A stretch of DNA of 63,505 bases, filler included, from Octopus bimaculoides (GCF_001194135.2; 6 parts of 6 records of this genome joined end to end with filler, not necessarily neighbours in it); one strand, 5' to 3'. Shown: positions 50,706-63,425, counted from the first letter of the whole stretch. Notes: generated from the sequence alone by a model not told the origin. Made by a program: numbers and translations.

Positions 50706-51284
50706 CATGTGTGTGTATACTAAATACATATTACATGACGCATAAACGAGTACGCCCATTCATTCAAGAATACATACATATATATATATATATACATATA
50801 TATGCACACATACATATACATGACTTTAGTACACATTATACACCTTATGTCTTGTGTAACGATTTAGTATCTGCTATGTCACAGCGTCACTTGTTATCCA
50901 CCAATTCGCATTTAGTTATTACACATACGCGCACACATACAAATAACATACATACACATACATACGTACATGAACACATAAAGCATTCATATATATATGT
51001 ATTGATATATACATATATTCACACACATATACATACACGAGGATTTAGTAGAAATCTTTTGAAGACAGAAATTCGACATTAGATCTAGCTTTTGTAGATA
51101 TTGGAACGGGTTTCGATTGATCAAGACATTAATTTTCCTTTTCCTTTTTCGTTTTTTTTACTAAGATACATTTGAAAAAAGAAATCCACTACAAAAAGAT
51201 AGACAGTAAGAATAAGATAACTAAAAAAACAGTGACGTCGCATATATATATAAACACCCTTACACACATCTATGTATATATGTA

Positions 51285-51331
<47 letters not shown>

Positions 51332-51829
51332 NNNNNNNNNNNNNNNNNNNNNNNNNNNNNNNNNNNNNNNNNNNNNNNNNNNNNNNNNNNNNNNNNNNNN
51401 NNNNNNNNNNNNNNNNNNNNNNNNNNNNNNNNNNNNNNNNNNNNNNNNNNNNNNNNNNNNNNNNNNNNNNNNNNNNNNNNNNNNNNNNNNNNNNNNNNNN
51501 NNNNNNNNNNNNNNNNNNNNNNNNNNNNNNNNNNNNNNNNNNNNNNNNNNNNNNNNNNNNNNNNNNNNNNNNNNNNNNNNNNNNNNNNNNNNNNNNNNNN
51601 NNNNNNNNNNNNNNNNNNNNNNNNNNNNNNNNNNNNNNNNNNNNNNNNNNNNNNNNNNNNNNNNNNNNNNNNNNNNNNNNNNNNNNNNNNNNNNNNNNNN
51701 NNNNNNNNNNNNNNNNNNNNNNNNNNNNNNNNNNNNNNNNNNNNNNNNNNNNNNNNNNNNNNNNNNNNNNNNNNNNNNNNNNNNNNNNNNNNNNNNNNNN
51801 NNNNNNNNNNNNNNNNNNNNNNNNNNNNN

Positions 51830-51874
<45 letters not shown>

Positions 51875-51893
51875 TCTACATGTACATATATGT

Positions 51894-52285
51894 ATAGGTG
51901 TGGGTGTGTGGTAAGAAGCTTGCTTCCCAACCACATGGTTTGGGGTTCAGTCCCACACCGTGGCACATTGGGCAAGTGTCTTCTACAATAGCTTCGGGCT
52001 GACCAAAGCCTCGTGAGTGAATTTGGTAGATGGAAACTGAAAGAAGCTCGTCGTACGTATATATATAAACACAAACACATATAGTATATTTTTGTATGCC
52101 TGTCTTTGTACCCCCACCATCGCTTGACAACCGATGTCGGTGTGTTTACGTCCCCGTAACTTAGGGGTTCGGCGAAAGTAACTGATAGAATAAGTACTAG
52201 GCTTACAAAGAATAAGTTGATTCGTTATACTAAAGGCGGCGCTCCAACATGGCCGCAGTCAAATGACTGAAACAAGTAAAAGAGA
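51894..52285 (+). mobile_element. SINE family 3, full length
   Basis: tRNA-like head (gtgtggtaagaagcttgc..gggttcagtccc), CORE-like ttgggcaagtgtctt, tail ggcggcgctccaacatggccgcagtcaaatgactgaaacaagtaaaagag. Confidence 0.92.
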
Positions 52286-52577
52286 CTTGATTCAGTTTGC
52301 AACCATTTTGGGTCACTGCTTTTAAGGGATTTAGTCCAACAACTCGACCCCAGTATTCACTTTAAAGCATGGAATTTATGATATCCTACACTTGTGCCGA
52401 ACCGCCAGGTTACAAGCACGGTATCAAGCAAATACCGGCTGTCGAGTTGTGACTGTTGACAACACATTACACGCGCGCACGCACTCACATATAAAAATAC
52501 ATAGTGTATATGTATATATATATATACATATACCGAAGTAACAGTCTTTTGTTATATTTCTGTTGCTTTTAAATAAA

Positions 52578-52615
<38 letters not shown>

Positions 52616-53227
52616 NNNNNNNNNNNNNNNNNNNNNNNNNNNNNNNNNNNNNNNNNNNNNNNNNNNNNNNNNNNNNNNNNNNNNNNNNNNNNNNNNNNNN
52701 NNNNNNNNNNNNNNNNNNNNNNNNNNNNNNNNNNNNNNNNNNNNNNNNNNNNNNNNNNNNNNNNNNNNNNNNNNNNNNNNNNNNNNNNNNNNNNNNNNNN
52801 NNNNNNNNNNNNNNNNNNNNNNNNNNNNNNNNNNNNNNNNNNNNNNNNNNNNNNNNNNNNNNNNNNNNNNNNNNNNNNNNNNNNNNNNNNNNNNNNNNNN
52901 NNNNNNNNNNNNNNNNNNNNNNNNNNNNNNNNNNNNNNNNNNNNNNNNNNNNNNNNNNNNNNNNNNNNNNNNNNNNNNNNNNNNNNNNNNNNNNNNNNNN
53001 NNNNNNNNNNNNNNNNNNNNNNNNNNNNNNNNNNNNNNNNNNNNNNNNNNNNNNNNNNNNNNNNNNNNNNNNNNNNNNNNNNNNNNNNNNNNNNNNNNNN
53101 NNNNNNNNNNNNNNNNNNNNNNNNNNNNNNNNNNNNNNNNNNNNNNNNNNNNNNNNNNNNNNNNNNNNNNNNNNNNNNNNNNNNNGAGTTGAAATTTACA
53201 GAAAAACAAAAGACGAAGACAGGTGTA

Positions 53228-53540
53228 TTAGTTTGACGCTTGGGAAAGTGTCCTTACCTACCGTCCCTCCACCCTGCTCTTCAAAGGCACCATTCTCCGA
53301 GCCTTCAGGCGACTCCAGTCCGACCCTCTCCGCCTCGCACATCTTCCCCAACCTACCCCTTCCCTCCATCAAACGAGCCCACAACCTGCGTGACCTTCTG
53401 GTCCACAGTTTCTTCCCTAACTCCACCTCCCAACCTACCTCGTTCCCATGTCCCCGCCAACTCTGCCGCTGTTTTCCCTACCACTCCAACACCACCATCC
53501 TCACAGGCACCCATCATCGTGCCTACCATATCACCGATAC
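53228..53540 (+). mobile_element. Neptune-like PLE fragment (RT-to-endonuclease linker)
   Basis: VLTYRPSTLLFKGTILRAFRRLQSDP...HIFPNLPLPSIKRAHNLRDLLVHS..FPCPRQLCRCFPY..TTILTG; ends in (ATAC)n. Confidence 0.75.
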
Positions 53541-53564
53541 ATACATACATACATACATACATAC

Positions 53565-53695
53565 ATAGTATGGGTTTCTTTCCGTTCCCAAATTTATTCA
53601 TATAGCTATGTTTGGCCTGGCACTGCAGTAAAAGACACTTGGCCAAGACGACATGCAGTGGAATGAAACTCAGAATCATGTTGTTGGGAAGCTGC
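53565..53695 (-). mobile_element. SINE family 3 fragment
   Basis: ttccgttcccaaatt..agacacttg.ccaag..gcagtgg..gaa.tcagaatcatgttgttgggaagc. Confidence 0.65.
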
Positions 53696-54076
53696 GACTA
53701 GGCCCATATTAGAAACCTACTGAGAATACACATACACATATGCATACATACATAAATACATACATACGTACGTAAATGCTAATACGAATACACTTAGCGT
53801 ATTATTGTTAGTTATCATATCGAATATATTAAAACAGACACAAGGGAAATTCCGTCATAACGAATATCAATAAAGCGAATTTTGTTTCTTAATATAAAGA
53901 AATATATTTTTTTAACTCTGGCCATAAAGGTTATTGAAGCGACGATGGGTTTTCTGAATGCGGAATTGGTTTAACGAATATTTCAGAACATCGAAACAAA
54001 ATCGAGTCCTAAGTAGTCAAGATTCCTCGCTATAACAAATTAAATAAATACATAAATAATAAAAAAATAGATAAAT

Positions 54077-54238
54077 AGGTGCAGGCATGGTTGTGTGGTA
54101 AGAAGCTTGCTTTCCAACCACATGGTTCCGGGTTCAGCCCCACTGCGTGATACGTTGCGCAAGTGCCTTCTGTTATAGCCTTGGTCCAACCAAAGCCTTG
54201 TATGTGGATGTGGTAGACGGAAACCGAAAAAAGGATCT
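54077..54238 (+). mobile_element. SINE family 3, 5' half
   Basis: gcaggcatggttgtgtggtaagaagcttgc...ggtagacggaaac. Confidence 0.88.
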
Positions 54239-54355
54239 TCCACGTGAGTACGTATGGAGCCCCATCGTCCTTCAGGCGCCACACATATCTTCGTAAACGA
54301 AGATCTGTGGTTGGAGAGGCGCTGCTTGAAGGTTTTTCTGGAACATCTGGCCCTG
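54232..54355 (-). mobile_element. GIY-YIG endonuclease fragment of a PLE (same type as the 48.5 kb domain)
   Basis: KTFKQRLSNHRSSF, then a frameshift, then RYVWRLKDDGAPYVLTWKIL; parallels NFKVRFNNHTLSF..HIWS..NYNIQWKIV. Confidence 0.7.
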
Positions 54356-54799
54356 AATATATATATATATAAAATCTATGTGTGTGTGTGTGTGTTTATG
54401 TATTTATATATAACACATTTGATTATGTATGAACGTTGTCGTATTTTTCTCTCTAAAATTAATGAAACTTCGATTATCAGTCTGCTCCAAAAGTGTTGAT
54501 TAGAGACCAAATTACAACAGCAATATCTAAAAACAGAACATTCTAAATGATATTCCTAGCAGAGTTTTGAACTTATTCCACAAGATTATCATACAATGAA
54601 CATTGTTATATAATGATCTGATATTACATAACGCTGCTGTCACTGGTATTTCAGCCAATCTCTATCTTATTTCTCGAACTGATGTTATCACGTGTTGTTT
54701 GTCCTATATTTATCGGAGTTACTGGTCTGGTATGTTTAGTGGAAGATGGAGTGAAGATAAAACTTTCAAGCAGATCCAAATACATCTTTTATATATAAA

Positions 54800-54960
54800 T
54801 AGGAGCAGACGTGGTTGTGTGATAAGAAGATTGTTTCACGACCGTGTAGTCTTAAGCTGAGTCCCATTGCAGAGTGCCTTTGGCAAGTGTATTCTACCAT
54901 ACCCGTGGGCCGACCAAGGCCTTCTGAATGGGTTTGATAAACGGAACTGAAAGAAGTTCA
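54800..54960 (+). mobile_element. SINE family 3, 5' half
   Basis: gtggttgtgtgataagaag..gagtcccattgc..ggcaagtgt..gggccgaccaaggcc..cggaactgaaagaag. Confidence 0.8.
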
Positions 54961-54972
54961 CACACACACGCA

Positions 54973-55014
<42 letters not shown>

Positions 55015-55017
<3 letters not shown>

Positions 55018-55692
55018 GAGGAAAGAAAACTCCGAATGACCCGTCCTTGTTTTCTTTGTATCGTCTATCTGGATGTTTTGTTGTCCCTTTTGTTGTATCA
55101 CCTGTCTGGATGTTCTGCGTTCTTGTCCCATTTTGTATTTTATATATATATATANNNNNNNNNNNNNNNNNNNNNNNNNNNNNNNNNNNNNNNNNNNNNN
55201 NNNNNNNNNNNNNNNNNNNNNNNNNNNNNNNNNNNNNNNNNNNNNNNNNNNNNNNNNNNNNNNNNNNNNNNNNNNNNNNNNNNNNNNNNNNNNNNNNNNN
55301 NNNNNNNNNNNNNNNNNNNNNNNNNNNNNNNNNNNNNNNNNNNNNNNNNNNNNNNNNNNNNNNNNNNNNNNNNNNNNNNNNNNNNNNNNNNNNNNNNNNN
55401 NNNNNNNNNNNNNNNNNNNNNNNNNNNNNNNNNNNNNNNNNNNNNNNNNNNNNNNNNNNNNNNNNNNNNNNNNNNNNNNNNNNNNNNNNNNNNNNNNNNN
55501 NNNNNNNNNNNNNNNNNNNNNNNNNNNNNNTATATATATATATATGTATATATTATGCATAAATAATACAGAATGGGACAAGGACGCAAAACATCTAGAC
55601 AGTTAGTGATACACGAAAGGGACAAAACATACAGATAATCGATACAAAGAAAACACGGACAGGTCAATTGGAGTTTTCTTTCTTCAGTCGAG
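55015..55692. repeat. Tail-to-tail inverted pair of an unclassified ~125-bp terminal repeat around (TA)n and a gap
   Basis: 55015-55140 matches the reverse complement of 55561-55692 at roughly 80% by eye. Confidence 0.8.
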
Positions 55693-56330
55693 ATCCATAT
55701 TATCCTTGCAATTTCGGCTGGTTATTCTCGATATTGTTCCAATCTGGCCAACCCCAAAGAAAAACTAAGCTAAGAGCATTAGACTCCTTGGAAGAAAGCA
55801 GCGAATGTATACAAAAACAAGGACGGAAAAAAAAACGGTATTGCGCAGTGGGACTGACCCAACCTGGAACCATATGGTTCCAATACGAATCTTTTGCTTT
55901 TTAATTGTCGGACCAATGGAAAAAATGTAATTGAAAATAATGACACAGATATATCAAATTAATTAGGCGAGTAGGCAAATTAATTGCCTACGCCTAATTA
56001 ATAGTTTTCTTTGTTGCAGCAAATAGTCCGTGGAGAGATGAACCATAAGGCAAGGTTTTGGATATTCTTGAAGAATAGCGTCTTTGGCTTGGAATGTCAT
56101 TAGATTTTGGTCTTTCGGTGAGTTATTTGAAGTAGAAGTAACGGTGGTGAGGGTGGTGGCGGCGAGAGTTGTGGTGGTGAGAGTAGTGGTGGTGAGAGTA
56201 GTGGTGGTGGTGAGAGTGATGGCGGTGGCGAGAGTGGTGGCGGTGGTGGCGGTTGTGTTGGTGGTCCTTAAACAAGTTTCTAGTGAATGCTTCGTACTAA
56301 ATTATATCGATATTTCATTCTTGTTACTAT

Positions 56331-56981
56331 AACGACAATGGCGATGATATTGATGAAGATGGTGGTGGTGATGATGACAATGATGATGATGACGGCAACA
56401 AAGACGACCACGACGACTTTGATAACAGAAAGGATGATGAGGACGATGATGCTGGTGAAGGAAACGACGGCGACAATGATAATTATGATAATGATGGTGA
56501 TGATGATGCCAATGACGACATCGACGACGATGACAATGAGGAAGTCTACGATGAAGAGGATGATGAAGACAGTGATGATGTGATGGTGATGATGACGATG
56601 ATGACAATAAAGGGGAAGACGACGATAACAATGGTGATGATAAAGACAACGACGGATGACGACGCGAACGACGATGATGATGACGACGATGATGATGACG
56701 ACGATGATGATGACGACGATGATGACAACGTTGTCGACGACGTTGACGATGATGTTGATGACGACATAATGATGATGATGATGATGATGATGCTGATGAT
56801 GATGATGATGATGATGCTGATGATGATGATGCTGATGATGATGATGCTGATGCTGATGATGCTGATGATGATGATGCTGATGATGATGATGCTGATGATA
56901 ATGCTGATGATGATGATGACAAAGTTGTCGACGACGTTGACGATGATGTTGATGACATGATGATGATGATGATGATGATAT

Positions 56982-57022
<41 letters not shown>

Positions 57023-57205
57023 GTGATGATAGTGATTATAATGATAGCGATGATGATGAAGATGATGATGATGATGAATGATAGTGGTGATGATGAGAGT
57101 GATGATGGTGATAACGAATGCGAATGTTATGCTATCATGATAATAATTGTAGAGGTGGTGGTGGCGGGGGTAGCGCAATGATGATGATGATGATAATGAT
57201 GATAA
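56331..57205. repeat. Long imperfect (GAT/GAC)n trinucleotide block, preceded by a (GGT)-rich tract at 56140-56270
   Basis: Direct reading. Confidence 0.95.
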
Positions 57206-58356
57206 TATTTATGAACTATGTCTTGCCAAAAAAGAAGTGAACGCTTTTTAGTCTGCAGTTCTTTTATCCAACCCCACCCCACCTCCATGTCACCCACCTC
57301 ACCTAGCCTTTCCTTCATCCGAGTCTTTTAATGTTTATTTTAGTTTTTATGTCCTCCCAAATAATTCCTCTCCATCTATCTCAGGTGGAACTCAATGGAC
57401 AATGGACTTAATAATTTGTTTGATAATTTTCTATCTGNNNNNNNNNNNNNNNNNNNNNNNNNNNNNNNNNNNNNNNNNNNNTTAATTAATTAANNNNNNN
57501 NNNNNNNNNNNNNNNNNNNNNNNNNNNNNNNNNNNNNATCACGGCTAGGCATCGATGCCTCGACATCACAACTAGTGATCAGCTCTGCCAAACTCAGCCT
57601 CCCTCACTTTCACATACAGAACTTTTCTTATTGTGTACCCAAGATCTGGTATAATTGCTCACGTGTCATTGACTCTTTCTCTGCTGTAATATTTCACATA
57701 CACACATGTATCACTCACATACACACTTTTCTTTGTATGACGGCCTGTCTTTGATTATGTTCTTATATGTCGCATTCACACTCTCACACAGACATACATC
57801 TTTAACACTACAATAAATATATCTGTTATTCATCTAATACAGTTGTGGTCTTTCATTACTGGTCACATATGTTATCGTCGCATAACATATCATCTATATA
57901 TCATTCATTGATATATATTTTGTGTTCGACCGTGTGACTCGTTTGAATAAAAGGAGTCCTCTGTTTTTCCATTCGTCACCATTTCTCCTTTTTTATGAGT
58001 TCGCACGGTCGTCCCTAACATATATATATATATATATATATANNNNNNNNNNNNNNNNNNNNNNNNNNNNNNNNNNNNNNNNNNNNNNNNNNNNNNNNNN
58101 NNNNNNNNNNNNNNNNNNNNNNNNNNNNNNNNNNNNNNNNNNNNNNNNNNNNNNNNNNNNNNNNNNNNNNNNNNNNNNNNNNNNNNNNNNNNNNNNNNNN
58201 NNNNNNNNNNNNNNNNNNNNNNNNNNNNNNNNNNNNNNNNNNNNNNNNNNNNNNNNNNNNNNNNNNNNNNNNNNNNNNNNNNNNNNNNNNNNNNNNNNNN
58301 NNNNNNNNNNNNNNNNNNNNNNNNNNNNNNNNNNNNNNNNNTATATATACATATAT

Positions 58357-58406
<50 letters not shown>

Positions 58407-59305
58407 TGATAGATAGACACACACAGACATGTGTGTGTGTGGGGTGGGACCTGAACCTCTGACTTAATAGCATGACCATTCCAGCTAAAACCTTCACAAG
58501 AGATCCTGTTCTCACTGATATGTGTGAGCATTCCTCGAATAAAATAGCGCGGTCCCCCAACAGCAGAGCAAATGAGTTATGATCTATGACCTTAACAGCT
58601 GAAATGGCGAAAAATCGACTGGTTATGAAAGTGCAGCTCTAGCAAAAACTGGTCTGATAGCAGTCCGTTGAAACTGCCTTCCCTCATCCTGCACGTCATA
58701 TTTTACGTGTCGCAGAGGATGCCTTCGAGGCCACAGTGCATGGATCACTACCTTCCATGTCAGGAGCCACCCTAATCGAAACCACAACACTGACTTTTCT
58801 TCACCTAAGAAAGAAATACTTGCAAACATGGGGGATCCGATGGTGATGTACGTTTGTATTGATGTATGTATACGTGTATATGTGCTTTTCTTAATTCTTT
58901 TTGGTTTTTAAAATAAAGAAAAGGTTAAGTAGCAATAACATTTTTATCTTACTGCTATCAACATTCTAACTATACTACTTACTTTCTTAAAAATCAACAC
59001 TTTCTATATAGAAAGAGTTCAAAGGATGAAAAAGAAAGGGACACACACACACATATACACACAAAAACATTTACCAATTTACATACAAAACTACAACCAT
59101 TAGCCATCACTTCCACATCTACCACCGCCATCACAACACCTACAATCATCACAAGAACAATAACAACAAAGCAATGTCCATGGAATGGAAGGAAAATTGG
59201 AGAAATGTTGATAAAATAAGTATAAAACTAGAATATCGGATATTTGTTCGTCTGTCTGTCTGACTGTCTTTCCTCCTACACACACACACACACACACGCA
59301 CATAC

Positions 59306-59444
59306 TGTCAATTAGGTATTCGGTGGTTTTATTACATTCTTTAATGAAGGAAATGAGAGCTAGCATTTTTATACTATCTTTATTGGTTTTGTCTCCCGTT
59401 TCTTCGTCGTAATATCTTGGAGACACAACAAAACTTGATAGCTC
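59306..59444 (-). CDS. Candidate coding exon (phase 0 to 1): ELSSFVVSPRYYDEETGDKTNKDSIKMLALISFIKECNKTTEYLID
   Basis: AG acceptor (ccagatctag, weak tract), donor ACA|GTATGT, 46 open codons in unique sequence. Confidence 0.28.
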
Positions 59445-59610
59445 CTAGATCTGGCATACGTGTATTAGAGTACAGATCTACTTTCAAGTATGTGTATGTG
59501 AATCTGTATGTGGGTGCATGCATGTAGGAATGTGTGTGTGTGTGGGTGTGCGTGTGTATGTATGTGTGTGTATGTATACGTACATGTGCGCGTGTGTGTG
59601 CGTGTGTGTG

Positions 59611-59647
<37 letters not shown>

Positions 59648-60487
59648 AGGTTTGGTTTTATAAATGGGAAAAAGAGAACTCGATACATACAGCAGGGTAT
59701 ATATAACCGTTTTATTAGCTGAGATTGCTGCACATGCGCAACAAACGTACAGCTTAACGGACATCGTTAGAATTACAGTTTTTGTAATTTATAATCGTGA
59801 TAACAGATTGGTTACACACTACAAGTAGCGGTAGTAATAATAATTATAACATCGTAAATCCCAGTAGCAATAATAATTATAACGTCGTAAATCCAGCTGA
59901 TGTATTAGTGTCGTTCACGCATCTGTTGAAACAGCTTTTAATCATGATGTTTGCAACTTTTGTGTGTACAATGAAATTTACATATTACATTGGTTGTCTG
60001 AAGTGCGTTCTGGTGTTTGCTACTGTGTGTTTTCATGTTAATAAGATGTTTTAGTTCTGTGTTACTGTAATATATACTTACTGTTAATTTGTGATTAGGT
60101 ATGGTACAGGTTGAGTTCTATTTTATGAGGGGTTATTTGTTTCTTTATCTATTTAGTTATTTATTTATTTATTTATTATCTTACATATTCATCAAGTTTG
60201 TAGCCGGAATGTCTTTGGTTTTTGGTTTTATGATAGGTATAGTTACGTGTTACTAGTAACTGCACCACCAATGCTTGCTCCGATTTATGAACGCACATGC
60301 GTTTATATGTATGTTCGTTTGCGCACGTATGTGCATGCATATTTTATGTGTTTATGTGTATGTATGGATTGCTGATATTCGTATGTATGTATGTATGTAT
60401 GTATGTATGTATGTATGTGCAGATTTGTATGTTTTATGTATGTATTCTCATGCATATAGTTACATATCTAGACATGCTCATATATAT

Positions 60488-60814
60488 CTAAATGATAAAC
60501 TTCTGGAAAGTTTTACAGATTTTTACAGTTCCAGTGATGGATTGGATCTGTAGTCTTCGAATTAGCTTTCACCTTTCTGGTTTTGAGAAGCCTAATTTCT
60601 TATGATTGGTATTTAGGCAGTGTGTTACATATCCCAGAGCCCCAATAATTACAGGTATAAACCTGAACTTGTGATATGGATAGAGTAACTTCAGATTTCT
60701 CGATAGTTCAGCATAGGCGTTCTCTTTTTCACTGATCTTCAGCTTTATGTTAACATCCACTCAGCAGCTAATTTCCACAACTGTGCACAGTTTCTCTTCT
60801 CTATCCCAAATCAC
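60488..60814 (-). mobile_element. RLE-type LINE 3' fragment (distinct subfamily) embedded in (ATAC)n
   Basis: VIWDREEKLCTVVEISC.VDVNIKLKISEKENAYAEL.RNL.LLYP..KFRFIPVIIGALG..IQSITGTVKICKTFQKFII*. Confidence 0.85.
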
Positions 60815-60896
60815 TATGTATGTATGTATGTATGTATGTATGTTTGTATGTATGTATGTATGTATGCATGTATGTATGTATGTATACAAATACATA

Positions 60897-61037
60897 TACG
60901 ACCAAATTCACTCGCAAAATATTGGTCGGCCCGGGTCTATAGCAGAAGACGTATGCCCAAGGTACGGCACAATATGGCTGAACCCGAAACCACATGGTTG
61001 GAAAGGGAGCATGTTAACCACACGGCCATGCCTGCAA
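60897..61037 (-). mobile_element. SINE family 3, 5' half
   Basis: accaaattcactcgcaa..ttggtcggcccggg.ctatagcagaagac..gaacccgaaaccacatggttgg..accacacggccatgcctgc. Confidence 0.85.
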
Positions 61038-61762
61038 ATATTTCATGTTTGCGTGTGTATGAATGTACGTGAGTGCGTATGCATGTGAGTGTATATGTGT
61101 GTGTGTGGTTCTTTGTGTATGTGTGTGTGTGGTTCTTTTTCAATAAGTATCTGCTTATGTATGCAGGATGTGTATCTCTAAGTGGATGCTTATGCATATA
61201 TATATATATGTACGTGTGGAACTTATGTTATGTATGTATGAGGGTATGCGCCTGTGTATGTTATATGTGTGTATATATGTATGCAGGCTGTTTGTGCGCG
61301 TACGTCATAATTTCAATGTGTTGATTGGAACATAAGAAAACGATCAAAACGAGGAAAGCAAAGAAGCAGGGGAGCAAAGATGTAATTTAGATTACAGAAG
61401 AAATGGTAAAAACGATAGAAAATCGGAATTTTAAAGAAGAAAACGGCAAACGAGGTAAAATGAAGGAAAATTAAATGGTTGCATGGATCCATTTACACAC
61501 AACCACATATACACAGGAGGTTTATATATATATTTATGTATATATGTGAGTGTGTATGTATTTATAACATGCACAGATATAGAGATATGAGTGCGTTACA
61601 CACACGCGTACACGCACATACACACACACACATACACTGCATTCATCAAGATAACACTTATCTATTTCATCTATATATCTACTGCACTTTCGCTTTCTTT
61701 TTCCCATTATCTCTCCCTCTCTGCTTCTTTCCCTACACACACACGTACATATATGTGTGTGT

Positions 61763-61793
<31 letters not shown>

Positions 61794-61898
61794 CTGGTGT
61801 CTGTATGTATTTTATTTCAGATTTACATTATTGTGCGTAATTTCCGGTTTTCATAAATGATAACTGTAATGATAAATGAGATATATACACATAAATAA

Positions 61899-61934
<36 letters not shown>

Positions 61935-62263
61935 NNNNNNNNNNNNNNNNNNNNNNNNNNNNNNNNNNNNNNNNNNNNTTAATTAATTAANNNNNNNNNN
62001 NNNNNNNNNNNNNNNNNNNNNNNNNNNNNNNNNNGGCACAAGTGCCAGGAAGGCGACACTGGGCACAGGTGCTGTCACGATTTCACTTTTTCGCTTGCCC
62101 CAACAGGCCTTCGCTAGCCGAGTTTCGTGTCCAATGAAGGAGACAATGTTGGCATGGGTGCCAGTCAGTTATTTAATTCCATTTGTTTATCTGGGTATTG
62201 TATTATATTTTGTTGATATTGTTATCAGTTTATGGGGATTTTATTGTCATATGGTGTGGTGTG

Positions 62264-63230
62264 TTAGGGGTGAGTGCTAGTGTTCCATTCCAGTTTCCTA
62301 TTCAGGCTAGGTTTATCTTCTATTATGTGTGTAGCTTCTGTAATTTGTCTAAACGTTGCGTCTGTTCTATGTGTGTGGACAAGATTTTAACTTCTATGTT
62401 GTTGAGTGAGCCTCCGTGACCCTACTCAGCGTGCCAGTACAGAACTGATGAGCTCCTCTCTTCCTTAAGTTCCCTTCAATGTACATTTACCCGCTCTCCT
62501 ATACTCTGTGCTGTTTCCCCCACGTACATCATTGTCTTGTTACTGCATCGTCCCTCTGTACATCTTATACTATAGACTACATTTCTGGCTTTACAGTTTG
62601 TTTGTGGGCTAAATTAACATACAGTACAGTTCCTATCAGTACAGGGGGTTCTACTAAAAGGGTAGGTTCTACTGATAAGGGATTTTATATGGTTGACTGG
62701 CCTTTCAACAACCTTAATTCTTAGCTTAAGTTTGTCTAGGGCCCTTCTAAAGCCGTATGCCAGTTCACCTCTAGGGGTGGTGTCGACGAACATGATGCTC
62801 TGGTATTTGTGGCTATCATACCATGAGTTGACCTTCCCTATTTTCTTCTTAATCCTTTCCATGGTGTTCCATGACTTGCTCCTATAAAGTGGGCAAATCC
62901 CATTCCTATCATTAAGTTTGACAGTTTCAAATTTCCTCATAGCTCCTTTGTATACTCTGATCCTTTCTTTATGGCTGTAACCTGAGAACTGAATACGGTG
63001 AACAAAATGTTGTATATGTCTCTTTAACTCTGTGGGGTTGCATATGCCGGACACATTTCGCAATACTCTGACGAGGTCTGCCATTAATATATTGAGTTTG
63101 GCATTGTCCGCGAGAGATAGTTCCAGTGGATCGGGTATTTGGAGGCCATAGATTTGGCATAGTGTGAATGAAGGATTCGGGTTTTGTTATTCTCAGTTTC
63201 CAGCAAGTTCTGTATATAGTACTGGTAGTC
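62264..63230 (-). mobile_element. 5'-truncated Penelope-like element, third family (RT thumb, Cys linker, GIY-YIG)
   Basis: HYAKSMASK..; LVRVLRNVS..RIQFSGYS..PLYRSKSW..FVDTTPRGEL..IKVVE..PCTDRNCTVC; CKARNVVYSIRC..YVGETAQSIGERV..H; RQITEA..I..KPSLNRK.EW. Confidence 0.88.
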
Positions 63231-63255
63231 TATGGTTAGGGTGTTTCATAGGGTA

Positions 63256-63425
63256 GTCACCACTAGATGAAGTCACAGAAGTGTGATGAAAGAACTCTGG
63301 CCGAAATACGATTAATGTAAAATAAAGTTGAAGCAAATTAACAACAAATATATAGTGCATGCGTTTTTATTGGCTAAATAGGCAACATGACCATCCCCAA
63401 ATACAACAATATCTGTTTCAACACA
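63256..63425 (+). repeat. Pseudo-LTR-like repeat with a variant hammerhead-like motif (63260-63300)
   Basis: CCA CUAGAUGA A GUCAC agaagu GUGAU GAAA G AA C UC UGG; the downstream arm is homologous to 43834-44101. Confidence 0.55.

Noticed and set aside
56084-57318. Asp/Met/Ser/His-rich ORFs up to 218 aa on both strands
   Set aside because: Translation of an imperfect (GAT)n tract; no unique coding sequence or splice support.
58623-58860. Moderately GC-rich segment open in several frames with AG/GT sites on both strands
   Set aside because: No frame is favoured and no homology is recognised; cannot be called.
62035-62170. GC-richer segment next to a scaffold join, probably an interspersed repeat
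   Set aside because: Single copy in this window; cannot be classified from the sequence alone.
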